A stretch of DNA of 64,000 nt, filler included, from Reclinomonas americana ATCC 50394 (Eukaryota): NCBI GenBank assembly GCA_048213135.1. It is 8 parts of 4 records of this genome, joined end to end, with 100 filler letters (N's around TTAATTAATTAA, not from the genome) between each part and the next. Parts side by side here need not be neighbours in the genome. Positions count along the whole stretch, not along the records: positions 10,177 to 12,867 come from PS015040.1; positions 12,968 to 25,614 come from PS015040.1; 6 more parts are not named here. The stretch is one strand, 5' to 3'. The translations under genes were made by a program, and so were the position numbers. This document shows, piece by piece, positions 11,713-24,946 of this stretch. The notes beneath the pieces were generated by a model. That model did not search any database, was not told where the DNA came from, and saw nothing but the letters and a program-made list of their open reading frames with translations. Position 1 is the stretch's first letter, and each line of letters begins with the position of its first letter.

Positions 11713-14700
11713 TTACTTGGCAACGGCGCCGGGAAGTGGCGCCGGCCGCTCCAACTCCACCGTCGTCGACAAATCCAAATTGTTGGTGTCGTCGTCGTAG
11801 GTCGTCGCTGGTGAGCCCGGTTCTCGTGTTGCGGAGATGGATTTCAGCTGCGAGTCGCTGTCAGCATTTTTCCTCCACGTGTGACGACGACGAGCGGGGA
11901 GGGCCACTCACCTCCACAGGCAAAACACATTTCGCGTGCTTGCCGAACTCGCGCTCGGCCACCACCTGCCACACCTCCGGTTCTGCGTGCCATCTCTGCC
12001 AACTGCGAGAGTCGAGTGTGAGCAGGTGCGGTGTGGAAACGCAATTGCGTGCAACAGTGTTCACGAAACTATTGCACAACATATGCCGGCAGCACGGCCA
12101 CCGGCACCGTAATGATGAGAATGAGCCAGAAGAGGCCGACTGAGGAGATGTAGTACAGGGTGTGCCGCAGCGCCGTGGCCTCGAACGACAGAAGAATGGA
12201 ATACGGGAACTCCGTCAATACAAAGGAGATCACCCAGAAGGCGGTCACCGAGAACAGAAGAGTGCCGATGAGGAGCATGTTCCAGGAGCTGCGCAGCGGG
12301 GAGTGAACACGGCGTGATGGCGATTGTGCATCGAAAATGGAAACCACTCACCGGAACACGAGACAGAGTCGCAAAAGCACGCTAAACAGCAGGCACGTGA
12401 ACATGAGCACACCCAGTTGGGCCTGGTAGAGATCACGGCCACCGGTCCCGACAGCGCCGCCGAAAAAGGCCAAGGCCCACATGGGCACAAAGTAATTGAC
12501 CTGGAGGAGTGGAGAGCAACAAAAATGAGTACGCGTCACATGTGCTGGGTCGCTGGCAAGCAGACGCACCACACTCTCGTAGATGGAGTCGAGGAACCAA
12601 CCAAACACTCGCCACCATCGGAACTGAGAAAGTGCAACAAGCCGTCAGCACGAGAACTGGACAGAAGGATAAAAGCAGCACGTACCAGCTCGTTGTGCTG
12701 GCCGACCTTGTACAGGTGCGGGTTGTTGAAGGACGCCTCTGGCGACACGTCAATGTCGGCGGCGGCGAGAACGAGCACCGGCAGCGAAGTATACACTGCA
12801 GCGAGAGGGAGAGGATGAATAGTCAAGTCAGTACATCACAACACTTGAATGCCCTCGAGCACACGGANNNNNNNNNNNNNNNNNNNNNNNNNNNNNNNNN
12901 NNNNNNNNNNNTTAATTAATTAANNNNNNNNNNNNNNNNNNNNNNNNNNNNNNNNNNNNNNNNNNNNCGTACCGGCATTGTAGAGACTGGAAAACCATGG
13001 ATCGACAAACACCTGCATTGCGAATGGAGCAGTGAGCAACAAGCATGACAGGCGGCGAATAAGCCGGCGAGATATGCTGACGAACCGAGAGCGAAAACAG
13101 GCTGTTGCAGTTCCACCAGAGTTGCATCAGGCCGAGTACCATGTTCTTGAAGAAGAAGTAGAGGATGAACCGAGTGCAGCGCACATAGTTCACCCGCCCG
13201 TGCCACAGCAGCAGTCGACCGAGATATCGGAACTGAGCAATCGCAAAGTCCGCATTCATCACCGCCTGCCTTCCCTCCTGGCCCGAGATGCCAACACCCA
13301 CTGCGTCGAAATAGAAACAGTGGGGTCAGTCGATGTGCAGTTGGNNNNNNNNNNNNNNNNNNNNNNNNNNNNNNNNNNNNNNNNNNNNNNNNNNNNNNNN
13401 NNNNNNNNNNNNNNNNNNNNNNNNNNNNNNNNNNNNNNNNNNNNNNNNNNNNNNNNNNNNNNNNNNNNNNNNNNNNNNNNNNNNNNNNNNNNNNNNNNNN
13501 NNNNNNNNNNNNNNNNNNNNNNNNNNNNNNNNNNNNNNNNNNNNNNNNNNNNNNNNNNNNNNNNNNNNNNNNNNNNNNNNNNNNNNNNNNNNNNNNNNNN
13601 NNNNNNNNNNNNNNNNNNNNNNNNNNNNNNNNNNNNNNNNNNNNNNNNNNNNNNNNNNNNNNNNNNNNNNNNNNNNNNNNNNNNNNNNNNNNNNNNNNNN
13701 NNNNNNNNNNNNNNNNNNNNNNNNNNNNNNNNNNNNNNNNNNNNNNNNNNNNNNNNNNNNNNNNNNNNNNNNNNNNNNNNNNNNNNNNNNNNNNNNNNNN
13801 NNNNNNNNNNNNNNNNNNNNNNNNNNNNNNNNNNNNNNNNNNNNNNNNNNNNNNNNNTCATTACTAAGAGCACGCAAGGCAGACCTCGTGCAGTGCGGAT
13901 CATCGGCACGTCATTCGCACCGTCACCAATGGCTGTTGTGTGCGCTAATGAGTCGATGGTGTACATGACTCTCTTCCGTCTCTCGCCCTCACTTACCAAG
14001 GGTGATGCGGTCGCGCTTCTTCTCGTGCATCGGTGCTGCGTGCTTGTCGCCTTTGCTGCCGCTGCTGCTGCTGTAATGGTGCGCACGTGGCGAAGTGAGC
14101 TCGGGTGGTGGCTGTCCGCGCGCCTCCGGCGGATTGTTCACAATGTTGACAATGTCGGCTTTTTGTCCAGGCGACACACGACAGCACACCACCGACGTGG
14201 AGGCCAGCACTGCGACAGCGTTACACGAGCTTGAGTGAGAATCAGAAAATAGTTGTGTGATTGCAGTGCCGACGCAACTGAGTTCCCGGAAAGCATCACG
14301 AAGCGGCGGCTGAAGTGCGTGGGTGATGGTTCCACCGTCCACAATGACACCATACGGTACACCGGCCTGTGTGTTGCGAACACGTGAGCGAAGCACACCA
14401 GGGAACGTGGGCGTCATAAAGGTGCGCAACATCACGCCACAGGCGAGCCTTCTCCAGCTCCTGCTGCAGCTGCTGCTCGACGTGCACCTGGCAAATGTCA
14501 ATGTCGGTGGGTCGCACCGGAATGGCACTGGAGGACGGTGCGCGTCCGAGTCCTGGCGGCAAATGGGCGGCCGAGTCCGAGGTCTGTAGCTGACGTAATG
14601 ACGCCCGCCGATCGAGTTCCTGCTGCACATGCCGCAGCTCCGGAGACTCCATTTGCAGCTTGCATAGATTCATGTCGGTGCCCAGCAGCGAGCACGCATA

Positions 14701-17700
14701 CGCAATGTTGAGTGCCGTGTCCCACTTGTCGCTACACGCGGCGGTCATTACTCTCATTGAGGTAGGCGACGAAACACACACACAATCGAAACTCACCCCG
14801 TCAGCATCCACACACGAATATCGGCGCGGCGCAGCAGAGTAATGGTTTCGGCCACACTACGAATCACGGTCAGTCACACTGCATGCGATAGCACGCGAGG
14901 ACGCAGCAAATGATGCACACACCCTTCTTGCAACTTGTCCTCAATGCCAGTGACACCCACTAGAGTCAGGTTCTGCTCGATTTCGTCGGCCATGGCCGCC
15001 ACACGCTGTTGCCTATTGGTAGTGTGTGTCGCTGCCTCGTGGAAGCGCACCAGCCACTCGTCGTACTCGCTGCGTGGCAGAATTCGCATGGCAAACGCCA
15101 GCGTTCGCAGACCCTCTTGCGCATACAACTGCAGCGTCGACAGTCAGCAAATCGAGACGCGTGAAACGCCAAGGACAACAATGACACGCACGTCGGCTTG
15201 CGCTTGTGATTCGGTGAGCAGCTGACTGTCCATGCAACGAGGAAAGATGACGCTGTCGGCGCCCTTGATGTAGAGAACAACCTCGCCTGCATCACGCACA
15301 CACACATACACACTTCAGTCACTGTGGGGGATGGCATGCATGAGCATTGCAGTTGTCGGCACCTGTTCGCGGATGCTGGATAATGACAGACTGCCGCTTG
15401 CGATCCGAGTCGAATTCGAACGAGTGCAGCAGCGGGATGCGCATGCTCTCCGTGCCATGGCTCACGAGCTTGAACTCGTCGGTGGCGTGCTGTGATGCAG
15501 TGAGGAGCAAGGAAAAAAGGACAAGAGGTGGTTGGTGACGGCGCAGACCGTCAGCGTCCAGCCGAATTGCTTGGCAGCAGCCACGAGCGCCAGTTCGTCG
15601 GGCGACGCGGCCTTGTATTCGAATTCTGTTTCCCAAAGTGTGAGGAGAACGGAGCTGCAACAGGGAAAGGGAGGCGAGTCAAGCAGACCTTCGGGATTCT
15701 CATCGTCACGACCGACCAGCACATCGTTGCAGATTGCCAGCATGAGAAGGAACTCGCCAATCATTTCGCGCTCCGGTAGACTCTGCCATCGGTCGCCAAG
15801 TAATCTGCCAACGTCATAATAAGTACAAGCAAACACTCATCTGCGCAGCACGACCGCATCGAACCTCTCGTCGCGAAAGTTGAATCCGCGCTGCCAAAGA
15901 ATCACAAGTCAGATGCATCACTGGGGCGGTGGCGGTCAGCACACCAAAGCAGACGCACAGTGATTACGACGCCCTCCGGCACGGGTGGATCGGGAGGCAC
16001 CACGCCGCCCTGTCGCCTGATGCTAGACTTGCTGATTTCGGTGAGGCCAACACCAAACGGTACGCCGGCAATAATGCATTTCATAAAGTCCATTTGATTC
16101 TCCGTCAACGTGCCCGTCTTGTCGCTAAACACGTACTCCACCTGGTGGGCACAAGGACTACATCGTGAACAACGGCGATAACACCACGCATCTCCATTCG
16201 GCGACTCACCTGCCCGATTTCTTCCGACAGTGACGAGTCATTGCACTGTGCGGGCGTATCCGAGGCCTTGTGATACATCTGTGTGCATTGGTTGGCGAGT
16301 GCGCGAATTGACATGCATCATGCCGCACGCAGCGGGACGAACCTCATGGTCCCAGCCAATGAGCCACGCATACACGATTCGCACAATCTCTAACGACACC
16401 GACAGCGTGATGGAGATGAGGTAGGCATTGCCGACCAAGGCGGTGAAGAAGCTGGTGACGCCATCGTCAAAGCCGGCCGACGACTGCGCCAAATAGTAGG
16501 CATCCCTGGTTCGATTCTGTGCGCAAACCCCCCGATCAGCGGCGAGTTGTCCGCCGTCCACCAAAAAGAAATGTGCAGCAACGCACCTGCAGCACGCATG
16601 CCGCAATGGCCGACGCGGTACAGTACGCCAAGAGTACTGTAAACACGCAGGCAAACACCAGATTCATGCGGTACTCAACACGCCCGAGCTTCTTGCGATA
16701 CCGCTTGCTGTGGTGGCACGACAAATGAGTCATCAACAAGAAACGTAAGAGATAGAGAGGAGACGCCACTTTGCATCCTGCATGACGATCTTGGTCTCGC
16801 GACCCGTGTAGACCGTGGAGGCAATGATCCAATCCGTGTTGCGCAGTGTGCTTCCACGCAGCAGCAAGTTGGTGATGCTCAGAGGCAACGAGCCCACTGT
16901 CGCTCCCGAGTGCAGGATGTTGGAGCGCGAATGTTTCCGCTTCAAAGGCAGCTCAACGTGGTATGTGGCATCGAAGCGCATCATGTCTCGATTCGGCGGC
17001 AGTGCCTCCACAAATCCATCAAACTGCAACAACTGTGGTGTGGCACACACAGCAAAAAAGAAACAGGGAATCAATCTCTCCCGTCCCTCATCGCGCACCC
17101 TGCACGCTCACCACCACCGCACCTCAGCCGGCTCCAGTTCACGAGTGGCACGAAAGGCGTCCTTGACCTTCAAGTTGGTCTCCCCATCGAGACTCGCCGT
17201 GTCCACAAACGCCACCGTGCCCGCACTGGAACTCAACAGCACCACATCGGCAGGAATATGATCATTGTTCTTGATACGCAGCGTGTCGCCTATCCGCACA
17301 TCGCTCCACCGTGAGGGCCTCCACTCGCCGTGATGCAACACCTCCACCACGCGATTGTTGATCTGCCGATCCGAGCGATGCCGTTTCTGCGCACAACTGT
17401 GCGTGAGTTGCAGGGCCGCACATGCACGCGAAAAAGTGGACGAGTGAGTGAGGCGAAACAATGTCTTCCATGCCGTCCTTGATGGCCGTGACCAGGATCA
17501 GCAGGGCTGTCGACGATCGACTGACAGTGAGTCGCCAACTGCGATACAGTTGAGAATGCACATAAACACACCGAGTGTCGCCACATAGGCCACTGGACTG
17601 ACGGGCGAGATCGCCGGGATGCTGCGTGGCACACGAGGGAGCATTGAGACCACTTCACACAGAGTGATAGAGAGACAAGGAAGTGGCACACTGACTGACC

Positions 17701-18022
17701 ACGACAAGATGGCGATCAGCGTAAAGTAAGCAGTTGTTGGCTTCCTAATGCCGCGCAACGCACGCACAGTGAGCCCGAGTGAGTGAGACAAGAGAGTGAG
17801 AGACATACACCACTCACATGAGCTGCTCGGCGAGGTTGACAGGCAAGAACGACCACCAAGAATAGCTGTGTGCGATTGTGTGTTGTCAATCAGTGTGTGT
17901 TGTGTGTTGTGTGGAGTTGTGTGTGGCTCACAAACTGACCGACTTGTGGTGATTACGTTGGAGGTGGCGTGTGGATTGAGGTCGGCTGTGTGCGCCGCAT
18001 TGTGGAGGTGAATGAAGCGCAT
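11713..18022 (-). CDS. P4-type phospholipid-transporting ATPase (flippase), about 30 exons
   Basis: [94 protein letters not shown]. Confidence 0.96.
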
Positions 18023-18333
18023 CGTGACGTCGTGGTGATGGTGCACACGCGCCAGTCAGACCGGGCTGAGTTGGCGACACAAAGACAAACAGAGGGTGAG
18101 AGAGTCTCTCTCTGTCTGTGTAAGTGTGTGCTGCTCCCAAGCCCGTGCGAGGGGAGAGACTGAAGAGTGACGAGGAGGAGGGGTCAACGACCCTCGCGCG
18201 CGCGCTGATTGATTTGATTTGCGTGTCCGTTTTGATAAAAATCGGATCTTTTCGTAAGTCGTGGATAACCATGATGCTACGTTCTTTATTCACTAAAGGT
18301 GTTGTTGTTGTTGTGCGAGAGAGAAGAGCGCGA

Positions 18334-21300
18334 TCAACGCTTCGCTGACTTCTTGCCGCCCGGTGCCGGTCGACCATTCGCCGTCTTCGATTTCTTCAGT
18401 GGCGGAGCGCCGGCCGAAGGCTTGCTCGCCGCCTTCTTGCCCTCCTCACGCGGTCGCTTTTGTCCGGCGTTCTTCTTGCCCTTCGGTGCCGCCGCCTTCT
18501 TCACCGGTTTGCTCTCCTCCTCTTCGTCCTCCTCTTCTGCCTCGTCGTCGGCATCCGCATCCTCCACCACCTTGGCCTCGTCGTCGGCCTCGTCATCGTC
18601 GTCATCGTCGGCGTCCATGGAGACGTCCGCTGATGCCGACGCGGCGTCGGGCACCACAGTCACCGTGGGTACGAGAATACCGGTGGCCTCCATGGCGGTC
18701 AGCAGGTCGGTGGCAAGCCGCCGAATCGCCTTGTTGTGGTGCTCGTTCTCGGCGAGGGTGGCCAGCGCCACGGCCACGCCGCCATTGACCATGATCTGGT
18801 TGCTCAGCTGCTCGCTGAAGCGCTGCGACACCCACTTGTGCAGCTCGCGCGCCGTGCGGATCACCGAGCGCAATCGGTCGACCTTCTTCGACGACACCTC
18901 CGACAGCATCTTGCTAATGGCACCGGCCACCGCCTCCGCACGCTCGGCAGTCGCCGGCTCCACAGCAGCGTCGGTTGGTGTCGACCTCAGCAGTGCCGAG
19001 AACACGTTGAGCATGCCAAAGTGGATGTACTCGAAGGGGCACGAGATGGACGAGGCGGCCATGTCGCCGGCCAACTCCCAGCCGAGTTCGGGGAAGCGTG
19101 AGCTGAGCGTGACATACAATTCGGGCGTCACCGACGAGTGTCGCTTCGTCACCATTACTTGCAGGCTGCGTCGCAGCGTACTCAACACCGAGTTGCGCAC
19201 CGCTGGTACTGCCAACTGCGAGGTGCGACATGGCCAGGTGAGTGGGGGGGGAGGTGCGTGATGTTATCACAGGACAAGAAACGCAACTTGGTCCAGATGT
19301 GACATGGATCGAATGATAAACATCAACACATCGTAGTACGCCGTCACCGTCTCCTTGGCAGGGTGGGCGGCGCTCAGCAGCAGGCCAGTAATCTTATCAA
19401 ACAGCTTCTCCAAGCTCTGCGCACGCAACACTCTCCGCATGAGTACATCACAATGAGCCAACAAGATTCATCGCCAGACACACACCTGCATCGCCTCCTT
19501 CACCGCCTGCGGATCAGCCACCAACGCCGGATCCAGCCTGCTCATGCGCGCCACCTTCTTCGACAGCCACTGAGCCAACTTGATGCGGATTTCGGCTTCC
19601 ACGAAGGTATCCGGCTCCTCGCCCTCGGCGGCACGCTTCTTCTGTTGCGGATTCGTGTGCAACATCGACACCACTTGCGGCAAAATGCGAGTAATGACCA
19701 AGTGGCAAGCTCCACGCCTAGCCACCAGCAGCTCCAACAACTCAAACGTCTTGTGCTTGAACTGCATGGCCAGCTGCCGTGCATCAGCTGCATTCACACG
19801 AATCGAGTGAGTGAGACTCTGCGTCCGACAGCGAGCGATCATGCAAGACACCAACCCTTGGGCTTGTCCTGCTGCTGCAGCTCCTTGCGCATCATCTTGA
19901 AAGCCTCGGCCAACTGAGCGTCCATGCGGAACATGTCCTCATCGTTCGCCCCATCGCTGCTCTCGCTGTCGTCGTCGTCCTCGTCGTCCTTCTTGTCCTC
20001 CTCCTCTTCCTCGGCAGCATCCGCCTATGGACGCCACGGTCAGCGGCACAACTTGGAAGGCTCAAAACACCCTAGTTATTCCCGTACCTCATCCTCGTCT
20101 TCTTCCTCCTCGTCATCGNNNNNNNNNNNNNNNNNNNNNNNNNNNNNNNNNNNNNNNNNNNNNNNNNNNNNNNNNNNNNNNNNNNNNNNNNNNNNNNNNN
20201 NNNNNNNNNNNNNNNNNNNNNNNNNNNNNNNNNNNNNNNNNNNNNNNNNNNNNNNNNNNNNNNNNNNNNNNNNNNNNNNNNNNNNNNNNNNNNNNNNNNN
20301 NNNNNNNNNNNNNNNNNNNNNNNNNNNNNNNNNNNNNNNNNNNNNNNNNNNNNNNNNNNNNNNNNNNNNNNNNNNNNNNNNNNNNNNNNNNNNNNNNNNN
20401 NNNNNNNNNNNNNNNNNNNNNNNNNNNNNNNNNNNNNNNNNNNNNNNNNNNNNNNNNNNNNNNNNNNNNNNNNNNNNNNNNNNNNNNNNNNNNNNNNNNN
20501 NNNNNNNNNNNNNNNNNNNNNNNNNNNNNNNNNTCGTCATCGTCGTCATCCTCGTCATCATCATCATCGTCGTCGTCGTCGTCGTCGTCGTCGCCTTCCA
20601 CGTCGCCATTCATTGCCTCCTCGTCGTCCTCGCCCTCCATCTCATCGTCGTCCTCTTCCTCGGCGGCAGCATTGCGTGCCAGCACATCCATGAGCAGCTG
20701 GGCGCACTCGGCGTCAATGTGCTGAATCGACAGCCGGAAGTTCTACACGGGNNNNNNNNNNNNNNNNNNNNNNNNNNNNNNNNNNNNNNNNNNNNNNNNN
20801 NNNNNNNNNNNNNNNNNNNNNNNNNNNNNNNNNNNNNNNNNNNNNNNNNNNNNNNNNNNNNNNNNNNNNNNNNNNNNNNNNNNNNNNNNNNNNNNNNNNN
20901 NNNNNNNNNNNNNNNNNNNNNNNNNNNNNNNNNNNNNNNNNNNNNNNNNNNNNNNNNNNNNNNNNNNNNNNNNNNNNNNNNNNNNNNNNNNNNNNNNNNN
21001 NNNNNNNNNNNNNNNNNNNNNNNNNNNNNNNNNNNNNNNNNNNNNNNNNNNNNNNNNNNNNNNNNNNNNNNNNNNNNNNNNNNNNNNNNNNNNNNNNNNN
21101 NNNNNNNNNNNNNNNNNNNNNNNNNNNNNNNNNNNNNNNNNNNNNNNNNNNNNNNNNNNNNNNNNNNNNNNNNNNNNNNNNNNNNNNNNNNNNNNNNNNN
21201 NNNNNNNNNNNNNNNTATGACTCGTGTGTGAGTCGACGGCATGCAGACAGTGTGACACTGGGCGCACACATCAGGAGTAGTGCACGCACCGCCTTGACTG

Positions 21301-23845
21301 CATCACGCAGGTAGGCCGACGACTTGACGAGGATGCCCAACAGCAAGTCGACGAGGAACGGCATGAATCGCACCGAGATTTCTGCGCATCACACGTGAGA
21401 ACCCTCGACAACGACCGTTCCACTCATTCGAGACACCACTACTCACCTCCCTCCTCGTCCTCCTCTTCCTCCTCTGCCACCTTCCTCGACTTCTTCTTCT
21501 TCTTGCCCTTCTGTGCATCCTTGCTTCGCACCGCCTGGCACATGTCCACACAAAACATGGACAATTCCTGCGCCACACATCACGTTGCGTGAGACACGCA
21601 TCACCCGCAAGCGCACTCCTCTTCCCTTCTCCCTCGCCACTCACCTCGATTTCGTTCAGGACCTCGTGCCCGCGAACAAACGTGAAAATGAGGAGTTGCG
21701 TGGCCAGCAGCCGCAGCGACGACACGGCCGCATCCAGTGGCACATTCTGTCAAATCACACTTAGTGAGCGGCAAGTGTAACGCAATGGAGTTCGACGCGC
21801 GCAGGTACGAAACGGCAGGCAACACAGTGGCCAGCTTGCTGTTTTTCCGAGGAATACCATCCAGTGCCGCCAGAGCACGTCGCAATGACTGTTGTGCCGT
21901 CAACACCTCTGCATTGTCCTTGTGCTCCCACTGCGGACGCAAACTTGCATCCTCCTCCAACTGCGCACCACAAAATGAGCAACCAGCACTAGAACACAGT
22001 CGACACTTTTGTACACCGAACCACAAAACGCAACTTCGCGAACAACATCCACAACCTCCGACAACCAGCTCTGCATCGTCAACTCGGACACACCCGGCGA
22101 CGTACCACCCATCTCCTCATCGTCGTCTGCGTGACGCAAAATGCAGTGAGATAATGACTCTCCGTGCACACCCCGCCCTTGCATCACACACACCTCCGCT
22201 CTTGTCTGCGCCTCCTGAGCGGTTGCTGCCACCCCGCGTGTGCAACGCCGGGTTGTGCACCAAGTCCGACACCAACGACAGCAGCTTGTTGGCACACTGC
22301 TCCCGCACCGCCGGTGACACCTCGCGAGACTCCGACGCGGCCGACGATGACGATCCACCGGCAGCGTCGGCTGCGGCGGACACCTTGCCGACCACTCGGC
22401 GCATAAACAGACCATGCCGTGCCAGCTCCCGCAACACACTCCGCACCGTGGCCGGATCCTTTCGGATCCGCGGGCTCTTCATCACTCTTCCCAACTGCTC
22501 CAATACCCACATCCACTGTGCGTTGCGCTCGCCTTCGTAGCTCGACCGACAGCTGCACACACACACGCACACACAAATAATTGTCAAACACCGCGCGGCT
22601 GAAGGACACTTGAACGGGCGTACACAACTTTTCCAACTTCTCCAACAGCGACTCCACAAACTCGTGAATTCCAGTTTCTGGTGGCTCCAGATCCGAGGCG
22701 AAAATGGATGAAAACAGCTTGTTCTGACGCAGCGTCTGGAAGCGCACTGTGCCGTGGTTAATGAAGCCCTCCAGTGTGGCCAGGCGCAGCCACGCATTGC
22801 CGCGGCAGTGCACGGCCAGTTGTTCCAGCTGTATATGCAACATAGTCACACAAGGGTCAGCACACACCTCTCCCCTTTCTCCCCTCCCCACCCCTTGCGC
22901 ACCGTGTACTTGGCGGACTCGTGCAATTGCGTCTCAACGTGGCGTGCGTCATAGGCCAATGCTTCCACGAATCGCTTCGTGAAGATGAGATCGAACACGG
23001 TGCGGTTGGCCGATCGCGATAGCCGGTTCAGCACCTCGTTGAAGAGCAGGTAGGCGAGGAACTTGCGCGGATGTGTCGATTGCAGCAGTGCCTCGTCGAC
23101 CACCGTCGACCACAGCGTGGCCAGCGCGTCCTCCTTCACATCATCCACATTCGGCACAATCTCATCCAAAATCACCGTCCACACCGTGTGCAGCTTGGGA
23201 TGCGCTGCCACCGACTCCTTCAGCGGCTCACCCAGCTGCGGAATGTTGAGAGGGTGCAGCGTGGACCGGCCACCGCGCAACTCTGGCACTCCCAGCTCCT
23301 CCACCGGCAACTTCTTCTCCAGCGCCAGCACCAGACCCAGTGTGTCGGGTGTGTGCGCTCGCAGTGCGCCAGAGATCAACGGCTTGATGCGCGGCAGCAC
23401 CGCCTGGCGCAGCACGTCGGGTGACAACTGGCATGATGATTCATATTGTGAGTTTTTTTTTCTGGTCACAGAGAAATCACGCCACTCTCGCAACCGCACC
23501 TGTTCCACCAGCAGGCACACTCCGCGGTACACCAGCTGGCACAGATACGAGCGCTTCTCGGCCAGATCCAGCAGCACGGCCAGCACACGCGACAGCAGCG
23601 CCGCATCGGGACCACCCTCCGAACCCGCACCATGCAAGCGTTCCGATCGCAGCAACGCAAACATGGCAAACGCCTGCCCAAACATGTGATCACGCTCCTC
23701 CAGCCCACTCATGTTCGACTTGCACTCCAGCGTCTTGGCCGCGAAGCGCAAAAAGTTGTCAATGGTGACTTGCGGGAAGCGATGCAGCAGCTGCCACGTC
23801 ATTCCGTGAGAATCACTCCTCGCATGCGGAGAACCTCCCACCCTC

Positions 23846-23876
<31 letters not shown>

Positions 23877-24247
23877 CGCACACACACACACCTCGCTGAG
23901 TGTGGCTGCGTAGCCGACACGAGCGGCCTGTCGATTGGAGGCCAGTCCCGACACCAATCGCTTGAACGAGTAGAACAAGTCGGTGCAGCAGACCTGCTCC
24001 AGTCGAGCAGCCGACGACATGTTCCGCACATTGCTGCCCTGCTCGAATCTGCAAGGAGTAAAAAAAGGGAGGGTCAGCGCCATGTGCACATGCACATGCA
24101 CAGACCGACACCTGCACAAAAAATAGCACCGCAAGCACGCAACGAACGCTGCAGCTGCTCCAGCTCATCAATGAGTGCCTTGGCCGCACGCGAACGCACG
24201 CCGGCGTCGAAACTCGCCAAGTCGCCAAATCTCTCGAGTACACCCAT
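18334..24247 (-). CDS. MYBBP1A: MYBBP1A / Pol5 (DNA polymerase phi family) nucleolar protein
   Basis: YSFKRLVSGLASNRQAARVGYAATL, EERDHMFGQAF, HPKLHTVW, LWSTVVDEALL..STHPRKFLA, DDEDMFRMDAQLA-like acidic region, basic C-tail; two internal gaps. Confidence 0.88.
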
Positions 24248-24946
24248 GTTGTGATCACCCTCGGACAATGGACAGACGGATGTGCGTCGGAGCATTGTCC
24301 CGACTTTTGCAATGGGTGTGTGCGCGCTGTCTCTCCTCACACTCTCTGTGTGTGTGTGTGTTCTGCACACGCGCTCTGCTGCTTGTTGTATTGTCTGTCT
24401 CTGTGTGTGCGTGGACAGCAGCGAGTGATTTTTTCTGTTTTTGTGAGGGCGCGCGTTGTGAACGTTGACATGTGCGCGCGTAACTCGCGCAAGTTTGTTT
24501 CTCTCTCTCTCTGTCTCCCTCGCGCGCTCTCTTTGCTCTTCTCTTCACGCGTACACTATATCACACAGAGAGAGACGCACACTGTGTATGCGCGCNNNNN
24601 NNNNNNNNNNNNNNNNNNNNNNNNNNNNNNNNNNNNNNNNNNNNNNNNNNNNNNNNNNNNNNNNNNNNNNNNNNNNNNNNNNNNNNNNNNNNNNNNNNNN
24701 NNNNNNNNNNNNNNNNNNNNNNNNNNNNNNNNNNNNNNNNNNNNNNNNNNNNNNNNNNNNNNNNNNNNNNNNNNNNNNNNNNNNNNNNNNNNNNNNNNNN
24801 NNNNNNNNNNNNNNNNNNNNNNNNNNNNNNNNNNNNNNNNNNNNNNNGCGCGTGTGTGTGTTGTCTTTGTGAAAGTGTGTTTGCTCAATTTTGCTCACTT
24901 TTGCGTGTGTGTGCGTGTGTTTGCGTGCGTGTGTGTGTGCGTGCAG

